Assembly (NCBI GenBank): GCA_003599535.1
Contig: QZKQ01000056.1
Span: 6,124-70,123 of the forward strand
Direction of reading: 5' to 3'
Origin: Candidatus Zixiibacteriota bacterium
Lineage (GTDB): Bacteria > Electryoneota > B3-LCP
DNA: 64,000 nucleotides
A program made the position numbers and the translations under genes. Shown here piece after piece: positions 27,906 through 37,609 of this stretch (the stretch's first letter is position 1; each line of letters opens with the position of its first letter). The notes below the pieces were generated by a model. That model searched no databases. It saw only the letters and a list, made by a program, of their open reading frames with translations, and was not told where the DNA came from.

Positions 27906-29267
27906 ATGCCCCCAAAAATCACCGCGCACCGGGCTCCCGGAACACGCGATTTCCTGCCCGACGAGATGGCCCTGAGGCGCAAGGTGCGCCGGGTCATCGA
28001 AGAGGCCTTCGAACGCTACGGGTTTCAGCCCCTGGAAACTCCGGCCGTGGAACGCCTGGACGTGCTGACCGGCAAGTACGGCGAAGAGGCCGACCGGCTG
28101 ATCTTCCGCATTCTGAAGCGCGGCGACGAGCTGGAGGCGGGCAAGGCCAGCGGCGAACTGGCCGACCTGGCCCTGCGCTACGATCTGACCGTCCCCCTGG
28201 CCCGGGTGGTGGCCATGCACCGGGGCGAGCTGACCTACCCCTTCAAGCGCTACCAGATCCAGCCGGTGTGGCGGGCCGAACGCCCTCAGAAAGGCCGCTA
28301 CCGCGAGTTCGTGCAGTGCGACGCCGACATCGTGGGGACGGCCTCGGTCACCGCCGACGCCGAAATCATCGCCTTGACTCACGACATCCTGCAACGCCTG
28401 GGTATTCCCGGGTTCCGCATCTTCATCAATCACCGCAAGCTGCTGCAGGCGGTGGCCCAGGCCGCCTACGTGGGCGACGACCGCTTCCTGGAGATGTGCC
28501 TCATCATTGACAAGGCGGACAAGATCGGGCTGGCCGGCGTGTGGCAGGAACTGGAAGCGAAAGGCTTCAGCGGCCGGCAGATTGACCTGCTGAAGGGGAT
28601 GCTTTCCGCCCGGGAAGAGCCGTCGGCGGCGTTAAAGCACATCGCGCCCTACATTGACGAAACCGACCCCGGCCGGGTGGCCTTGGAAGAGATGACCCGG
28701 CTGTTCAGCGACCTTGAGGCCCTGGGCGTGCCCGCCGAGCGGATTGCCTTGCGCCTCTACCTGGCCCGGGGGCTGGACTACTACACCGGCCCCATCTTCG
28801 AGACGCTGGTGGAAGAGCCGCGCATCGGCAGCGTTACCGGCGGTGGCCGTTACGATACCCTGATCGGCATGTTTTCCGGCGAATCCATCCCCGCCACCGG
28901 CACCACCATCGGCATCGAACGCCTGTTCGACGTGATGCGCGAGTTGCAGCTCTTCGGCGAATCCGCCGAAGCCTCCGCTCGGGTCCTGGTGACGGTCTTC
29001 TCGGAAGAGAGCCGCGGCGCATCGCTGCAGATCGCCACCGAGCTGCGCCGCGCGGGGATTTCCGCGGAAGTCTACCTCGAAGCGCCCAAAAAGCTGGGCA
29101 AGCAGTTCGCCTACGCCGACAAGAAGCGCATCCCCTTCGTGGTGGTGGCCGGCCCCGACGAGATCGCCCGGGGCGAAGTGACCCTGAAGACCCTGGCCAC
29201 CGGGTCCCAGGCCGCCGTCCCCCGCGACCGGCTGATTGATGAGGTCCGGCTGCTGGGGGGGAGGTGA
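27906..29267 (+). CDS. hisS: histidine--tRNA ligase
   Basis: Class II aaRS motifs (RGTRDFLP; FKRYQIQPVWRAERPQKGRYREFVQCD; GGGRYD) and an anticodon-binding domain. Confidence 0.9.
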   Translation: MPPKITAHRAPGTRDFLPDEMALRRKVRRVIEEAFERYGFQPLETPAVERLDVLTGKYGEEADRLIFRILKRGDELEAGKASGELADLALRYDLTVPLARVVAMHRGELTYPFKRYQIQPVWRAERPQKGRYREFVQCDADIVGTASVTADAEIIALTHDILQRLGIPGFRIFINHRKLLQAVAQAAYVGDDRFLEMCLIIDKADKIGLAGVWQELEAKGFSGRQIDLLKGMLSAREEPSAALKHIAPYIDETDPGRVALEEMTRLFSDLEALGVPAERIALRLYLARGLDYYTGPIFETLVEEPRIGSVTGGGRYDTLIGMFSGESIPATGTTIGIERLFDVMRELQLFGESAEASARVLVTVFSEESRGASLQIATELRRAGISAEVYLEAPKKLGKQFAYADKKRIPFVVVAGPDEIARGEVTLKTLATGSQAAVPRDRLIDEVRLLGGR

Positions 29268-29700
29268 AAATAGAATCCAGGAGCCAGAATTCAGAATCCA
29301 GAAGAGTAGGAGCCAAGATCCAGGAGTTGGAAGAACACCCTGGAAGGGTGGTCTATTAGTAGCCGGGGGATTTATCCCCCGGAGAGGGACGATCCCCTCC
29401 TCATGTACCACCCCGCCGGGGTCGAACCATCATCTGCGTAATCTGTTAAATCGGCGGAAATCTGCGATTCTGACAATAAACACGGCGGACTGCGCGGCTG
29501 ATCAGGCCCGGAGGCTTGATAAAACCATACTGCCCCGCCGCTTAGTCCGCCCTACACCGGCCTGCACTCCGGGCGGGGTCCCCAAAGGGGCAAGCTAAGC
29601 CACGCCCCTACGCGGCCAATAACCAGCAGCCAATAGCCAACGACCAACGACCTTATGACTCGCATCTCGCCTCACGTATCTCGCATCTGAAGAGGATCCC

Positions 29701-31923
29701 ATGGCGGTACAGGAAGAACTCCGCACCCCGGAAGAACGGGAAAAACACTGGCTGGAACACATCTACCAGGCGGATGCGCCCCAGCTCACCGCCCGCGCCG
29801 TTCTGACCGGCGCCCTGCTGGGCGGCATCATGTCCCTGTCCAACCTCTACGTCGGGCTGAAGTCCGGCTGGGGGCTGGGTGTGGACATCGCTGCCATCAT
29901 CCTGGCCTTCGCCATCTGGAAAGCCTTTGCCGGCATCTTGCCCATGATGGTGAAGCGCGAATTCAACATCCAGGAAAACACCATCATGATGACCACGGCG
30001 GTGGCGGCGTCCTGGATCTCATCGGCGGGGCTGGTATCCGCCGTGCCCGCTCTGACCATGGTCAGCGGCCGCACCTTCATCTGGTGGCAACTGGTCATCT
30101 GGATCGGCTCCATCCTGATTCTGGGCCTGTTCATGGCCATCCCCTTGAAGCGGCAGATGATCACCGTGGAAAAGCTGCGCTTCCCCTACAACATCTCGGT
30201 GGTAGAAACGCTGAAGGCCATGCACTCCAAGGGCGGCGAAGCCATGCGCAAGGCCAAAGCCCTGGGGATGGCCGGCGGCGTCGGCGTCATCATCGCCTCC
30301 GTCCGCGACGGCTTCGGTTTCATCCCCGGCCTGATGAACGCGCCCCTGTCCATTGGCCGCATCAGCCTATCCAACCTGACGCTCTCCTTCGAACCCGGCT
30401 TCATCATGATGGGCATCGGCGCCCTGTTCGGCATCAAGGTGGGCATCAGCATGCTGGTGGGCGCCCTGTTGAATTACGGCATACTGGCCCCCTACTTTAT
30501 CAACCAGGACGTCATCAAGCACCCCGCCCCCACCATTCGCGGCGTCGAAGCCCCCGCTTTTCCCCTGACCATCGAGGCGGGCCATTCGCTCACCGCTGTT
30601 CTGGAACGCGCCTCCACCACCCACGAATATTCCGGCGGGACGGCCACCGAAACTCTGACTTATACCTGGAGCCAGCCGGTCACCTACGCCGGCTTCCCCG
30701 CACTGCTGGCCGACCTGAACGCCCCCGCCCAGGCGGATGGCTCGGTCAACCCTTTCCACGGCCACGTCGCCTTCCGGGACACCGCCCGGGCGGAAGTCGG
30801 CCAGGTGCTGCTGGCGCGCGCCTTTTCCGACACGCTTCGGGAAGCCTCCCTGACCTTGCCTGAAGAGGCCAATCCCGCCTTGGCCGCGCTGGGCTTTTCC
30901 CCCGGCGCTACCCGGCATGAAGGCATCGGCGGCTTCCGCAACGTCGCCAACTGGTCCATGTGGCCGGGAGCGGGCATCCTGGTTTCGGCGGGGCTGATGG
31001 CGCTGTTCCTGCAGTGGAAGACTCTGGCGCGCACCTTCGGCAGCTTCGGAGCCAGCTTCCGCCGCAAGAAACCCGGCACCGCCAACCTGCTCGACAGCAT
31101 CGAAATCCCCGGCACCTGGTTCCTGCTGGGCTTCCTGGGAGCCGGGCTGATCTGCGTGATCATCCAGATCTGGCTCTTCAGCATCCACTGGTGGATGGGC
31201 ATTCTGGCCGTGCTGCTGACCTTCTTCCTGGCGGCGGTGGCGGCCCGGGCCGGCGCAGAAGTCGGCATCAATCCCATCGGCGCCATGGGCAAGGTGACGC
31301 AGCTTCTCTACGGCGTCATCTCCCCCGGCAACATGGCCACCAACCTGATGACCGCCAACGTCACCGCCGGAGCCGCTTCCAGTTGCAGCGACACGGTGGG
31401 CAACCTGTACGTGGGGCACCAGGTGGGCGCCAATCCCCGCAAGCAGTTCATCGCGCAGATGTTCGGGGTCGTGGCCGGAGCCTTCTTCGCGGTGCCCGCC
31501 TACTTCATCCTGGTGCCGGACGCATCCACTCTGGGTGGAGCCAAGTTCCCGGCGCCGGCGGCCATCATCTGGGCCGGCGTGGCCCGCATCCTGTCGCAGG
31601 GATTGCAGACTCTGCCGCCCAGCGCCATCGCCGCCCTGGTCATCGCGGTCGTGGCCGGCATTGCCACGGTCATCCTGGAACGGCTCTTCCCCAAGATCCG
31701 GCCCTATACCCTGTCGCCCACGGCCCTGGGGATCGCCATGACCATCCCCGCCTACAACAGCATCTCCATGTTCATGGGGTCGCTGATCGTCTGGGTGCTG
31801 GAGAAGCGGGCTCCCGCCACCAACGAGATGTACACCATCCCCGTGGCTTCGGGCTTGATCGCCGGGGAGAGCCTGACCGGGGTGGCCATCGCCGCGCTGA
31901 TGGCGTTCGGGTTTTTAAGCTGA
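29701..31923 (+). CDS. OPT-family oligopeptide transporter
   Basis: 740-aa polytopic protein with an N-terminus typical of OPT (REKHWLEHIYQADAPQLTARAVLTGALLGGIMSLSNLYVGLKSGW). Confidence 0.85.
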   Translation: MAVQEELRTPEEREKHWLEHIYQADAPQLTARAVLTGALLGGIMSLSNLYVGLKSGWGLGVDIAAIILAFAIWKAFAGILPMMVKREFNIQENTIMMTTAVAASWISSAGLVSAVPALTMVSGRTFIWWQLVIWIGSILILGLFMAIPLKRQMITVEKLRFPYNISVVETLKAMHSKGGEAMRKAKALGMAGGVGVIIASVRDGFGFIPGLMNAPLSIGRISLSNLTLSFEPGFIMMGIGALFGIKVGISMLVGALLNYGILAPYFINQDVIKHPAPTIRGVEAPAFPLTIEAGHSLTAVLERASTTHEYSGGTATETLTYTWSQPVTYAGFPALLADLNAPAQADGSVNPFHGHVAFRDTARAEVGQVLLARAFSDTLREASLTLPEEANPALAALGFSPGATRHEGIGGFRNVANWSMWPGAGILVSAGLMALFLQWKTLARTFGSFGASFRRKKPGTANLLDSIEIPGTWFLLGFLGAGLICVIIQIWLFSIHWWMGILAVLLTFFLAAVAARAGAEVGINPIGAMGKVTQLLYGVISPGNMATNLMTANVTAGAASSCSDTVGNLYVGHQVGANPRKQFIAQMFGVVAGAFFAVPAYFILVPDASTLGGAKFPAPAAIIWAGVARILSQGLQTLPPSAIAALVIAVVAGIATVILERLFPKIRPYTLSPTALGIAMTIPAYNSISMFMGSLIVWVLEKRAPATNEMYTIPVASGLIAGESLTGVAIAALMAFGFLS

Positions 31924-31949
31924 CGGCGGGCAGCGTACAGCAGACAGCA

Positions 31950-31978
31950 GGGGCGCGGCATGCCGCGCCCTTTTGCTT
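31950..31978 (+). terminator. rho-independent terminator
   Basis: gggcgcggc-at-gccgcgccc hairpin followed by TTTTG. Confidence 0.8.
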
Positions 31979-32160
31979 GATGGTAGGGCGGTGGGTGGCC
32001 CGGCTTGACCCGCCTGGCAGTAGATTCGAATTGTCCGCCATACCCAGGGTGGGGCAAACCGGGTTTATATTAAAGGCTGGGGACGGCAGGTAGTATAAAC
32101 CCGGCTTGATCTGCGTCGAGGGTTCTGCCGCAAGAATGTGAACAGGTGCAGATCAAGCCG

Positions 32161-32232
32161 GGCCACCCCGCCTTCGTCAGGCTCGCGGTGGGGGAGGGGA
32201 CGGCGGTGCAGAAAGTGGTGCTGCTGAAGTAA
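32161..32232 (+). pseudogene. orphan remnant of a T9SS C-terminal sorting domain (last ~20 codons only)
   Basis: Translates to GHPAFVRLAVGEGTAVQKVVLLK*, which matches the C-terminus of the 46236 SBBP protein (AYFVRLEAGDFTQVQKVVLLK*). No intact upstream ORF. Preceded by a 15-bp inverted-repeat hairpin (32096-32163) and followed by heptamer repeats and a terminator. Confidence 0.4.
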
Positions 32233-32257
32233 CTAATAACGAAGAACTAATAACTAA

Positions 32258-32282
32258 GGGCGGCCACTGGCCGCCCTTTTGA
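32258..32282 (+). terminator. rho-independent terminator
   Basis: gggcggcc-actg-gccgccc hairpin followed by TTTTG. Confidence 0.7.
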
Positions 32283-32579
32283 CTCGCATCTCGCAGCTTT
32301 TCTATCCGTAGCCCCGTCGTTGATGGTGGGGCGGAGCTTGAGATTGCTTCGTCTGGCGATCCCACCGCAAGCGGTGGGGCACCTGTCCGCTCCTCTTTCG
32401 CATTTCGGATCGGGTCTCCTCCCCCCTCCGGATCTTTTCCCCTGGCACCTCGTATCCTTACAGTAGTCCGCTTTCTCTCGCCTCTCGCATCTTGCCTCAC
32501 GCCTCTTTTTTTACATTTCTGTGACAATCAAGAGTAATCCTTTACGTATATTATGCGTCAACCTTCACATGCGAGCGTC

Positions 32580-33479
32580 ATGAACAGAATGATCATCGCC
32601 ACGCGGGGCAGCGAACTGGCCCGCATCCAGGCCCAAACCGTGGCCGCCGCCCTGCGGGAAAAGCTGGGCGTGGACGTGGACCTGGCCATCATCCACACCC
32701 AGGGCGACCGCGTCACCGACCGGCCCCTGCGCGAGCTGGAAGGCCGGGGCTACTTCACCAGGGAAATCGAGGAGGCGCTTTTAGACCGCCGCGCCGACGT
32801 GGCCGTGCACTCCTTCAAGGATATGCCATCGAAGGCCCCCGACGGGCTGGCCCTGGCCGCCGTGTCGGTCCGCGAAGACGCCGCCGACCTGCTGATCCTC
32901 CGTCCCGAAGCGCACGATCCCGGCATGGGTTTCATCCCCGTGCGCGCCGGAGCCGTGGTGGGCACCAGCGCCGTGCGCCGCGAAAGCCAGTTGAAGGGCC
33001 TGCGCCCCGACCTGAAGTCCAAAGACCTGCGGGGCAATGTCCCCACCCGCCTGGGCAAGCTGGCCAACGGGCAGTACGACGCCATCTTCCTGGCCGCCGC
33101 CGGAGTCAACCGGCTGGGGCTGAACCTGTCCGGCTTCGTCGCCGTGCGCCTGGACCCGGCGCGTTTCGTCCCCTCACCGGGACAGGGCGCCCTGGCCATC
33201 CAGATGCGCGCCGGAGATCCCGCGTTCGAGGCCGTCCGGGCCGCCCTGCACGATCCCGACACCGCTGCCGCTACTGCCCTCGAACGGGCGGTGCAGGCGC
33301 GTTTCGGCGGAGGCTGCGGGCTGCCCCTGGGCGCCCATGCCTTCCGTGACGGCGGCGAATGGCAGGGATACGGCCACTGGGGCGGGGAAGGATTCTTCAC
33401 CTGGTCGCAGGCGCGCCACACCGACCCCGAGACCGTGATCCGCCATCTGCACCGGGCTCTGGCCGAGGAGACAGCATGA
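32580..33479 (+). CDS. hemC: hydroxymethylbilane synthase (porphobilinogen deaminase)
   Basis: MNRMIIATRGSELARIQAQ N-terminus and a conserved dipyrromethane-cofactor region. In-frame ATG codons also occur at 32553 and 32589. Confidence 0.9.
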   Translation: MNRMIIATRGSELARIQAQTVAAALREKLGVDVDLAIIHTQGDRVTDRPLRELEGRGYFTREIEEALLDRRADVAVHSFKDMPSKAPDGLALAAVSVREDAADLLILRPEAHDPGMGFIPVRAGAVVGTSAVRRESQLKGLRPDLKSKDLRGNVPTRLGKLANGQYDAIFLAAAGVNRLGLNLSGFVAVRLDPARFVPSPGQGALAIQMRAGDPAFEAVRAALHDPDTAAATALERAVQARFGGGCGLPLGAHAFRDGGEWQGYGHWGGEGFFTWSQARHTDPETVIRHLHRALAEETA

Positions 33480-34231
33480 CCCGGGTGCTCCTGACCCGCG
33501 ACCGGGAGCGGTCTGCGGATCTGGCCCAAGCCCTGGAAAAAATCGGCCTGTCCGTGGCTATCGAACCGGTCACGCGCACCGTATATGAGGTTCAGGGCCT
33601 CCCCTGGCCCGGCCTGGCAGGATGGCGCTGGCTGGCCTTCACCAGCGTGCCGGCGGTCGTGGCTTTTTCCCAGGCGTTGCGGGAAACCGGGGCAACGCTG
33701 CCGCCCCGGCTGAAGATCGCCGCGGTGGGCCCGGCCACCGCCGCTGAGATTTCCCGCCGCCTGCGCACACCGGATTACGCCGCCCTCCAGGCGCACGGCG
33801 CGAGCCTGGCCCAGGAGCTGCTGGCCGCCGATCCCCGCCTGCCGGGATCGGCCCTGCTCTGGCCCTGCGCCGCCCAGCCCCGCGACGAATTTCCCCAGGC
33901 GCTGACCCGCGCCGGAGTCCGGGTCGTGCCCTGGCCCTGCTACCGCACCGAGGCGGTCCCTTCCCGCGAACTGGCCGACCGGCTGAAGGTCCACGCCCCC
34001 TGGCAGGCGGCGGTGTTCGCCGCGCCCAGCGCGGTGGAGGCCTTCGTCCAGGCCTGGCCGCCCCCCTGGGATTTCGCCGCCGCGGCCCTGGGCGCCACCA
34101 CCGCCGAAGCGCTGCGCGAAGCCGGCGCCGGCCGGGTGATCGTCAGCCCCGGCACCGGCACGGAAGACCTGGTCCGGGCCGTGGTGCAGGCCCTGAACGT
34201 TTCCTCGCCAGAAAGGACTCCACGCCCATGA
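33476..34231 (+). CDS. hemD: uroporphyrinogen-III synthase
   Basis: About 250 aa of the HemD family. Position between hemC and hemE with ATGA overlaps at both ends. Confidence 0.75.
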   Translation: MTRVLLTRDRERSADLAQALEKIGLSVAIEPVTRTVYEVQGLPWPGLAGWRWLAFTSVPAVVAFSQALRETGATLPPRLKIAAVGPATAAEISRRLRTPDYAALQAHGASLAQELLAADPRLPGSALLWPCAAQPRDEFPQALTRAGVRVVPWPCYRTEAVPSRELADRLKVHAPWQAAVFAAPSAVEAFVQAWPPPWDFAAAALGATTAEALREAGAGRVIVSPGTGTEDLVRAVVQALNVSSPERTPRP

Positions 34232-35268
34232 ACACCGATCCGGTCCAGTCGAAATATCTGCGCGCCGCCCGCGGCGAGCGCCTGACCGTTCCTCCCGTGT
34301 GGCTGATGCGCCAGGCGGGGCGCTACCTGCCGGAATACCTGGCGGTGCGCGAACGCTACAGCTTTCTGGACGCCTGCCGCACCCCGGAAGTGGCCTGCGA
34401 ACTGACCCTGCAGCCCATCCGCCGGTTCGGCTTCGACGCCGCCATCCTGTTCAGCGATATCCTGATCCCGCTGGCGCCCATGGGCGCGGAGATCGCCTTC
34501 GGCGAAGGGCAGGGCCCCGTCATCGCCGACCCGGTGCGATCCGCCGGGCAGATCGAGGCACTGCGCCCGGTCCAGCCGCGGGAGAGCCTGGCCTTCGTGC
34601 TGGAAGCCATCCGGCAAATTCGGGCCGAGCTGCCCGCCCACGTCGCCCTGATCGGTTTCACCGGCGCCCCCTTTACCCTGGCCGCGTATCTGGTCGAAGG
34701 CGGCAAACCCGACCCCTTCGCCCGCCTGAAAGGGCTGATGTACGGCGATCGCCCTGCTTTCCGCCGGCTGCTGGACAAACTGGGCGGCATGGCCGCCGAT
34801 TACCTGGAAGCCATGATCGAAGCCGGGGCCGATGCGGTGCAACTGTTCGACACCTGGGCGGGGATTCTCCCGGCCCGGGAATTTCGCGCCGTCAACCTGC
34901 CCGTGCTGCAGAAGATCTTCGCCCGCGTCAAGGCCTTGAATGTCCCCGCCACCTACTACGCCCTGGCCGGCATGCACCTGCTGGAGGAGATCCGCGAGAC
35001 CGGCTGCAGCGTGGCCGGGCTGGACTGGCGCATCCCCCTGTCCCGGGCGCGCACCGTCCTGGGGGACCGAACCGCCCTGCAGGGCAACCTGGACCCCACC
35101 GTGCTGCTGGGGCCCGAGGCGGTCATCCGCGCCGAGGCGAGGCGCATTGTGGACGAAGGCCGCGGCCCCGGAGGGCACATCTTCAATTTGGGGCACGGCA
35201 TCCTGCCGGTGACGCCGGTATCCGCCGTGGACCTCATGCTGGACGAAATCCGCCGGGAAGAGCCATGA
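34228..35268 (+). CDS. hemE: uroporphyrinogen decarboxylase
   Basis: PVWLMRQAGRYLPEY signature. Confidence 0.9.
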   Translation: MNTDPVQSKYLRAARGERLTVPPVWLMRQAGRYLPEYLAVRERYSFLDACRTPEVACELTLQPIRRFGFDAAILFSDILIPLAPMGAEIAFGEGQGPVIADPVRSAGQIEALRPVQPRESLAFVLEAIRQIRAELPAHVALIGFTGAPFTLAAYLVEGGKPDPFARLKGLMYGDRPAFRRLLDKLGGMAADYLEAMIEAGADAVQLFDTWAGILPAREFRAVNLPVLQKIFARVKALNVPATYYALAGMHLLEEIRETGCSVAGLDWRIPLSRARTVLGDRTALQGNLDPTVLLGPEAVIRAEARRIVDEGRGPGGHIFNLGHGILPVTPVSAVDLMLDEIRREEP

Positions 35269-36659
35269 GCTTTATCCCCTTGCGCGACCTGCCCGAAGAG
35301 CGCATCTTCGCCCTGGCCGAGCGCCTCGACGTGCGCGGCCCGCGCTACACCTCCTATCCCACCGTGCCGGTATGGCGCGACGGCTTCCCTCCGGAAGTGT
35401 TCGAACGCGCCGTGGAAGACCTGGGCCGCGAGGGGCAACCGTTCGCGGTCTACGTGCACCTGCCCTTTTGCCGCCAGCGCTGCCTCTACTGCGGCTGCAA
35501 CAGCTACATCACGCACCAGCAAGACCGCATGGCCGGCTACATGGAGGCCCTGAACCTGGAGCTGGAGCGGGTGGCGCAGAAGCTTCCCGCCGGCGCCCGC
35601 CACGCCCAGTTGCACCTGGGCGGCGGCACTCCCACCTACATCCCGGCGCCGCTACTGGCCGCCTTCCTGGACCGGTTGATCGCGCTCATTCCCGGGGCGC
35701 CGGCCGCCGAACGGTCCATTGAAGTGGATCCCCGCGTCACCACGGACGAGGTCCTGCACCTGCTGGCGCAGCGCGGCTTCCGGCGCATTTCGGCCGGCCT
35801 GCAGGATCTGAACCCGGAAGTGCAGAAGGCCGTCAACCGCGTCTTCACCTTCGAGCAGATGGAGAACTTTACCGCCCAAGCGCGGCGGGCGGGCTTCACC
35901 GGGGTCAATATAGATTTAATTTACGGACTTCCGAAGCAGACCCGCGCCACCTGGGCCGCTACCCTGGAAGCGGTAGCCCGCCTGCACCCCGACCGCCTGG
36001 CCTGCTTCGGATACGCTCACCTGCCCGCGAAAATTCGCCACCAGCAGGCTCTCCGCGAGGAGGATCTGCCCGCGCCCCGCGAGCGCCTGGGCATGCTCCT
36101 GGACGCCCACACCTTCTTCACCGGCGCCGGCTGGGAAGCGGTGGGCTTCGATCACTTCGCCCGGCCGGAGGACGACCTGGCCCGGGCCCGCCGCGAAGGC
36201 CGGCTGTGGCGCAACTTCATGGGTTACACCACCGGCCGCGGCCTGGACCTGCTGGGGTTGGGCTGCTCGGCCATCAGCGAGTTCGAGACTTCGTTCGTGC
36301 AGAATATCACCCCGCCGGAAGAGTACGCCCAAGCTCTCCGGGCGGGACGCTGGGCGGCGCACCGCGGCCATCTGATGGACGCCGAAGACCGCCTGCGCAA
36401 GCGGATCATCACCCAGCTCATGTGCAACCTGGAGATCGCCCTGCCGGACGAGGCCTCCGCGGTCCATTGCGGCCTGGCCGGGTCCCTGAAGCAGGCCATG
36501 GAATCTCTGCGCCCCTTCGAGGCCGACGGCCTGATCGTGGCCCGCAACGGCGGCTACGAGGTCACTCCGCTGGGCCAGCTCTTCCTGCGCAATCTGGCCA
36601 TGCCCTTCGACGGCTACCTGCCCCGGCAGGGGGGATCCACCTTTTCCAGGACGGTGTAG
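35265..36659 (+). CDS. hemN: oxygen-independent coproporphyrinogen III oxidase (radical SAM)
   Basis: VHLPFCRQRCLYCGCN radical-SAM cluster and HemN-length (464 aa) with a C-terminal HemN domain. Confidence 0.85.
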   Translation: MSFIPLRDLPEERIFALAERLDVRGPRYTSYPTVPVWRDGFPPEVFERAVEDLGREGQPFAVYVHLPFCRQRCLYCGCNSYITHQQDRMAGYMEALNLELERVAQKLPAGARHAQLHLGGGTPTYIPAPLLAAFLDRLIALIPGAPAAERSIEVDPRVTTDEVLHLLAQRGFRRISAGLQDLNPEVQKAVNRVFTFEQMENFTAQARRAGFTGVNIDLIYGLPKQTRATWAATLEAVARLHPDRLACFGYAHLPAKIRHQQALREEDLPAPRERLGMLLDAHTFFTGAGWEAVGFDHFARPEDDLARARREGRLWRNFMGYTTGRGLDLLGLGCSAISEFETSFVQNITPPEEYAQALRAGRWAAHRGHLMDAEDRLRKRIITQLMCNLEIALPDEASAVHCGLAGSLKQAMESLRPFEADGLIVARNGGYEVTPLGQLFLRNLAMPFDGYLPRQGGSTFSRTV

Positions 36660-36661
36660 CC

Positions 36662-37609
36662 ATGGACCGGGCGGTGCTGCTGGTCAATATGGGCGGGCCT
36701 TCGGCGGCCGGGGAGGTGAAGCCCTATCTGCGCGCCATCTTCCGCGACCCGGCCATCATCGGCGCGCCCACCTTCGTGCGCCATCCCCTGGCGGCGTGGA
36801 TCTCCTCCCGCCGGGCGCCCGTGGTGGCTCAGCGCTACGAGCAGATCGGCGGGGCTTCGCCCCTGCCGCACTGGACCGCCCGGCTGGCCGAAGAGGTGAC
36901 CCGGGCGCTGGCCGAAGCCGGGCAGGAGATGACCGCCGCCTACGCCTTCCGTTACTGCGAGCCGACCATCGAACAGGCCATGACCGGGCTGCGCGATGCC
37001 GGAGCCAAGGAAGTCCATCTGCTGCCCCTGTTCCCCCACTTCACCCGGGCCATGACCGGTTCCATCATCCAGGAGGCGCGGCGCGTGGCCCGCAAGCTGT
37101 TCCTGCCCGGCAACCTCACCCGCCTGTGGTGGAACCACCCCGCCATCCTGGAACTGGGACGGCAGTACCTGGTGGAGGCCCTGGAACAGGCCGGCCCCGG
37201 GACCCGCGTGCTGTTCGTGGCCCACGGCATTCCCCAGCGCAGCGTGAAGAAGGGGGAAGACTACCCCGACCAGGTGTTCAACCATGCCTGGAACCTGGGG
37301 GAATCGCTGCGCCGGCCGGTGACCTGGTCGCTGGCTTACCAGAGCCGCCTGGGTCCGGTGCAGTGGATCCGGCCCTACCTGGAGGAGGAGCTGGAGTACA
37401 TCGCCGGGAGCGCCCGGTCGCTGGTTCTGTACCCTTTGAGTTTCGTCGCGGATTGCCTGGAAACGCTCTACGACCTCGACCGGATCGCCTCCGAACAGGC
37501 CCGCGATCTGGGCTTTCGCACCGTGGTGCGCGCGCGGGTCTTCAATGACGACCCCCGTTTCGCCCGCGCCCTGGTGCGGATCGTGTTGGAGCACAAGCAT
37601 GCCAAATAG
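36662..37609 (+). CDS. hemH: ferrochelatase
   Basis: VLLVNMGGP start and conserved ferrochelatase core; 316 aa. Confidence 0.85.
   Translation: MDRAVLLVNMGGPSAAGEVKPYLRAIFRDPAIIGAPTFVRHPLAAWISSRRAPVVAQRYEQIGGASPLPHWTARLAEEVTRALAEAGQEMTAAYAFRYCEPTIEQAMTGLRDAGAKEVHLLPLFPHFTRAMTGSIIQEARRVARKLFLPGNLTRLWWNHPAILELGRQYLVEALEQAGPGTRVLFVAHGIPQRSVKKGEDYPDQVFNHAWNLGESLRRPVTWSLAYQSRLGPVQWIRPYLEEELEYIAGSARSLVLYPLSFVADCLETLYDLDRIASEQARDLGFRTVVRARVFNDDPRFARALVRIVLEHKHAK

Noticed and set aside
29380-29460. tRNA-like 3-prime end (ggttcgacc on the minus strand) in the hisS-OPT spacer.
   Set aside because: I could not build a complementary T-stem, acceptor stem or anticodon arm around it. There is no CCA or discriminator context.
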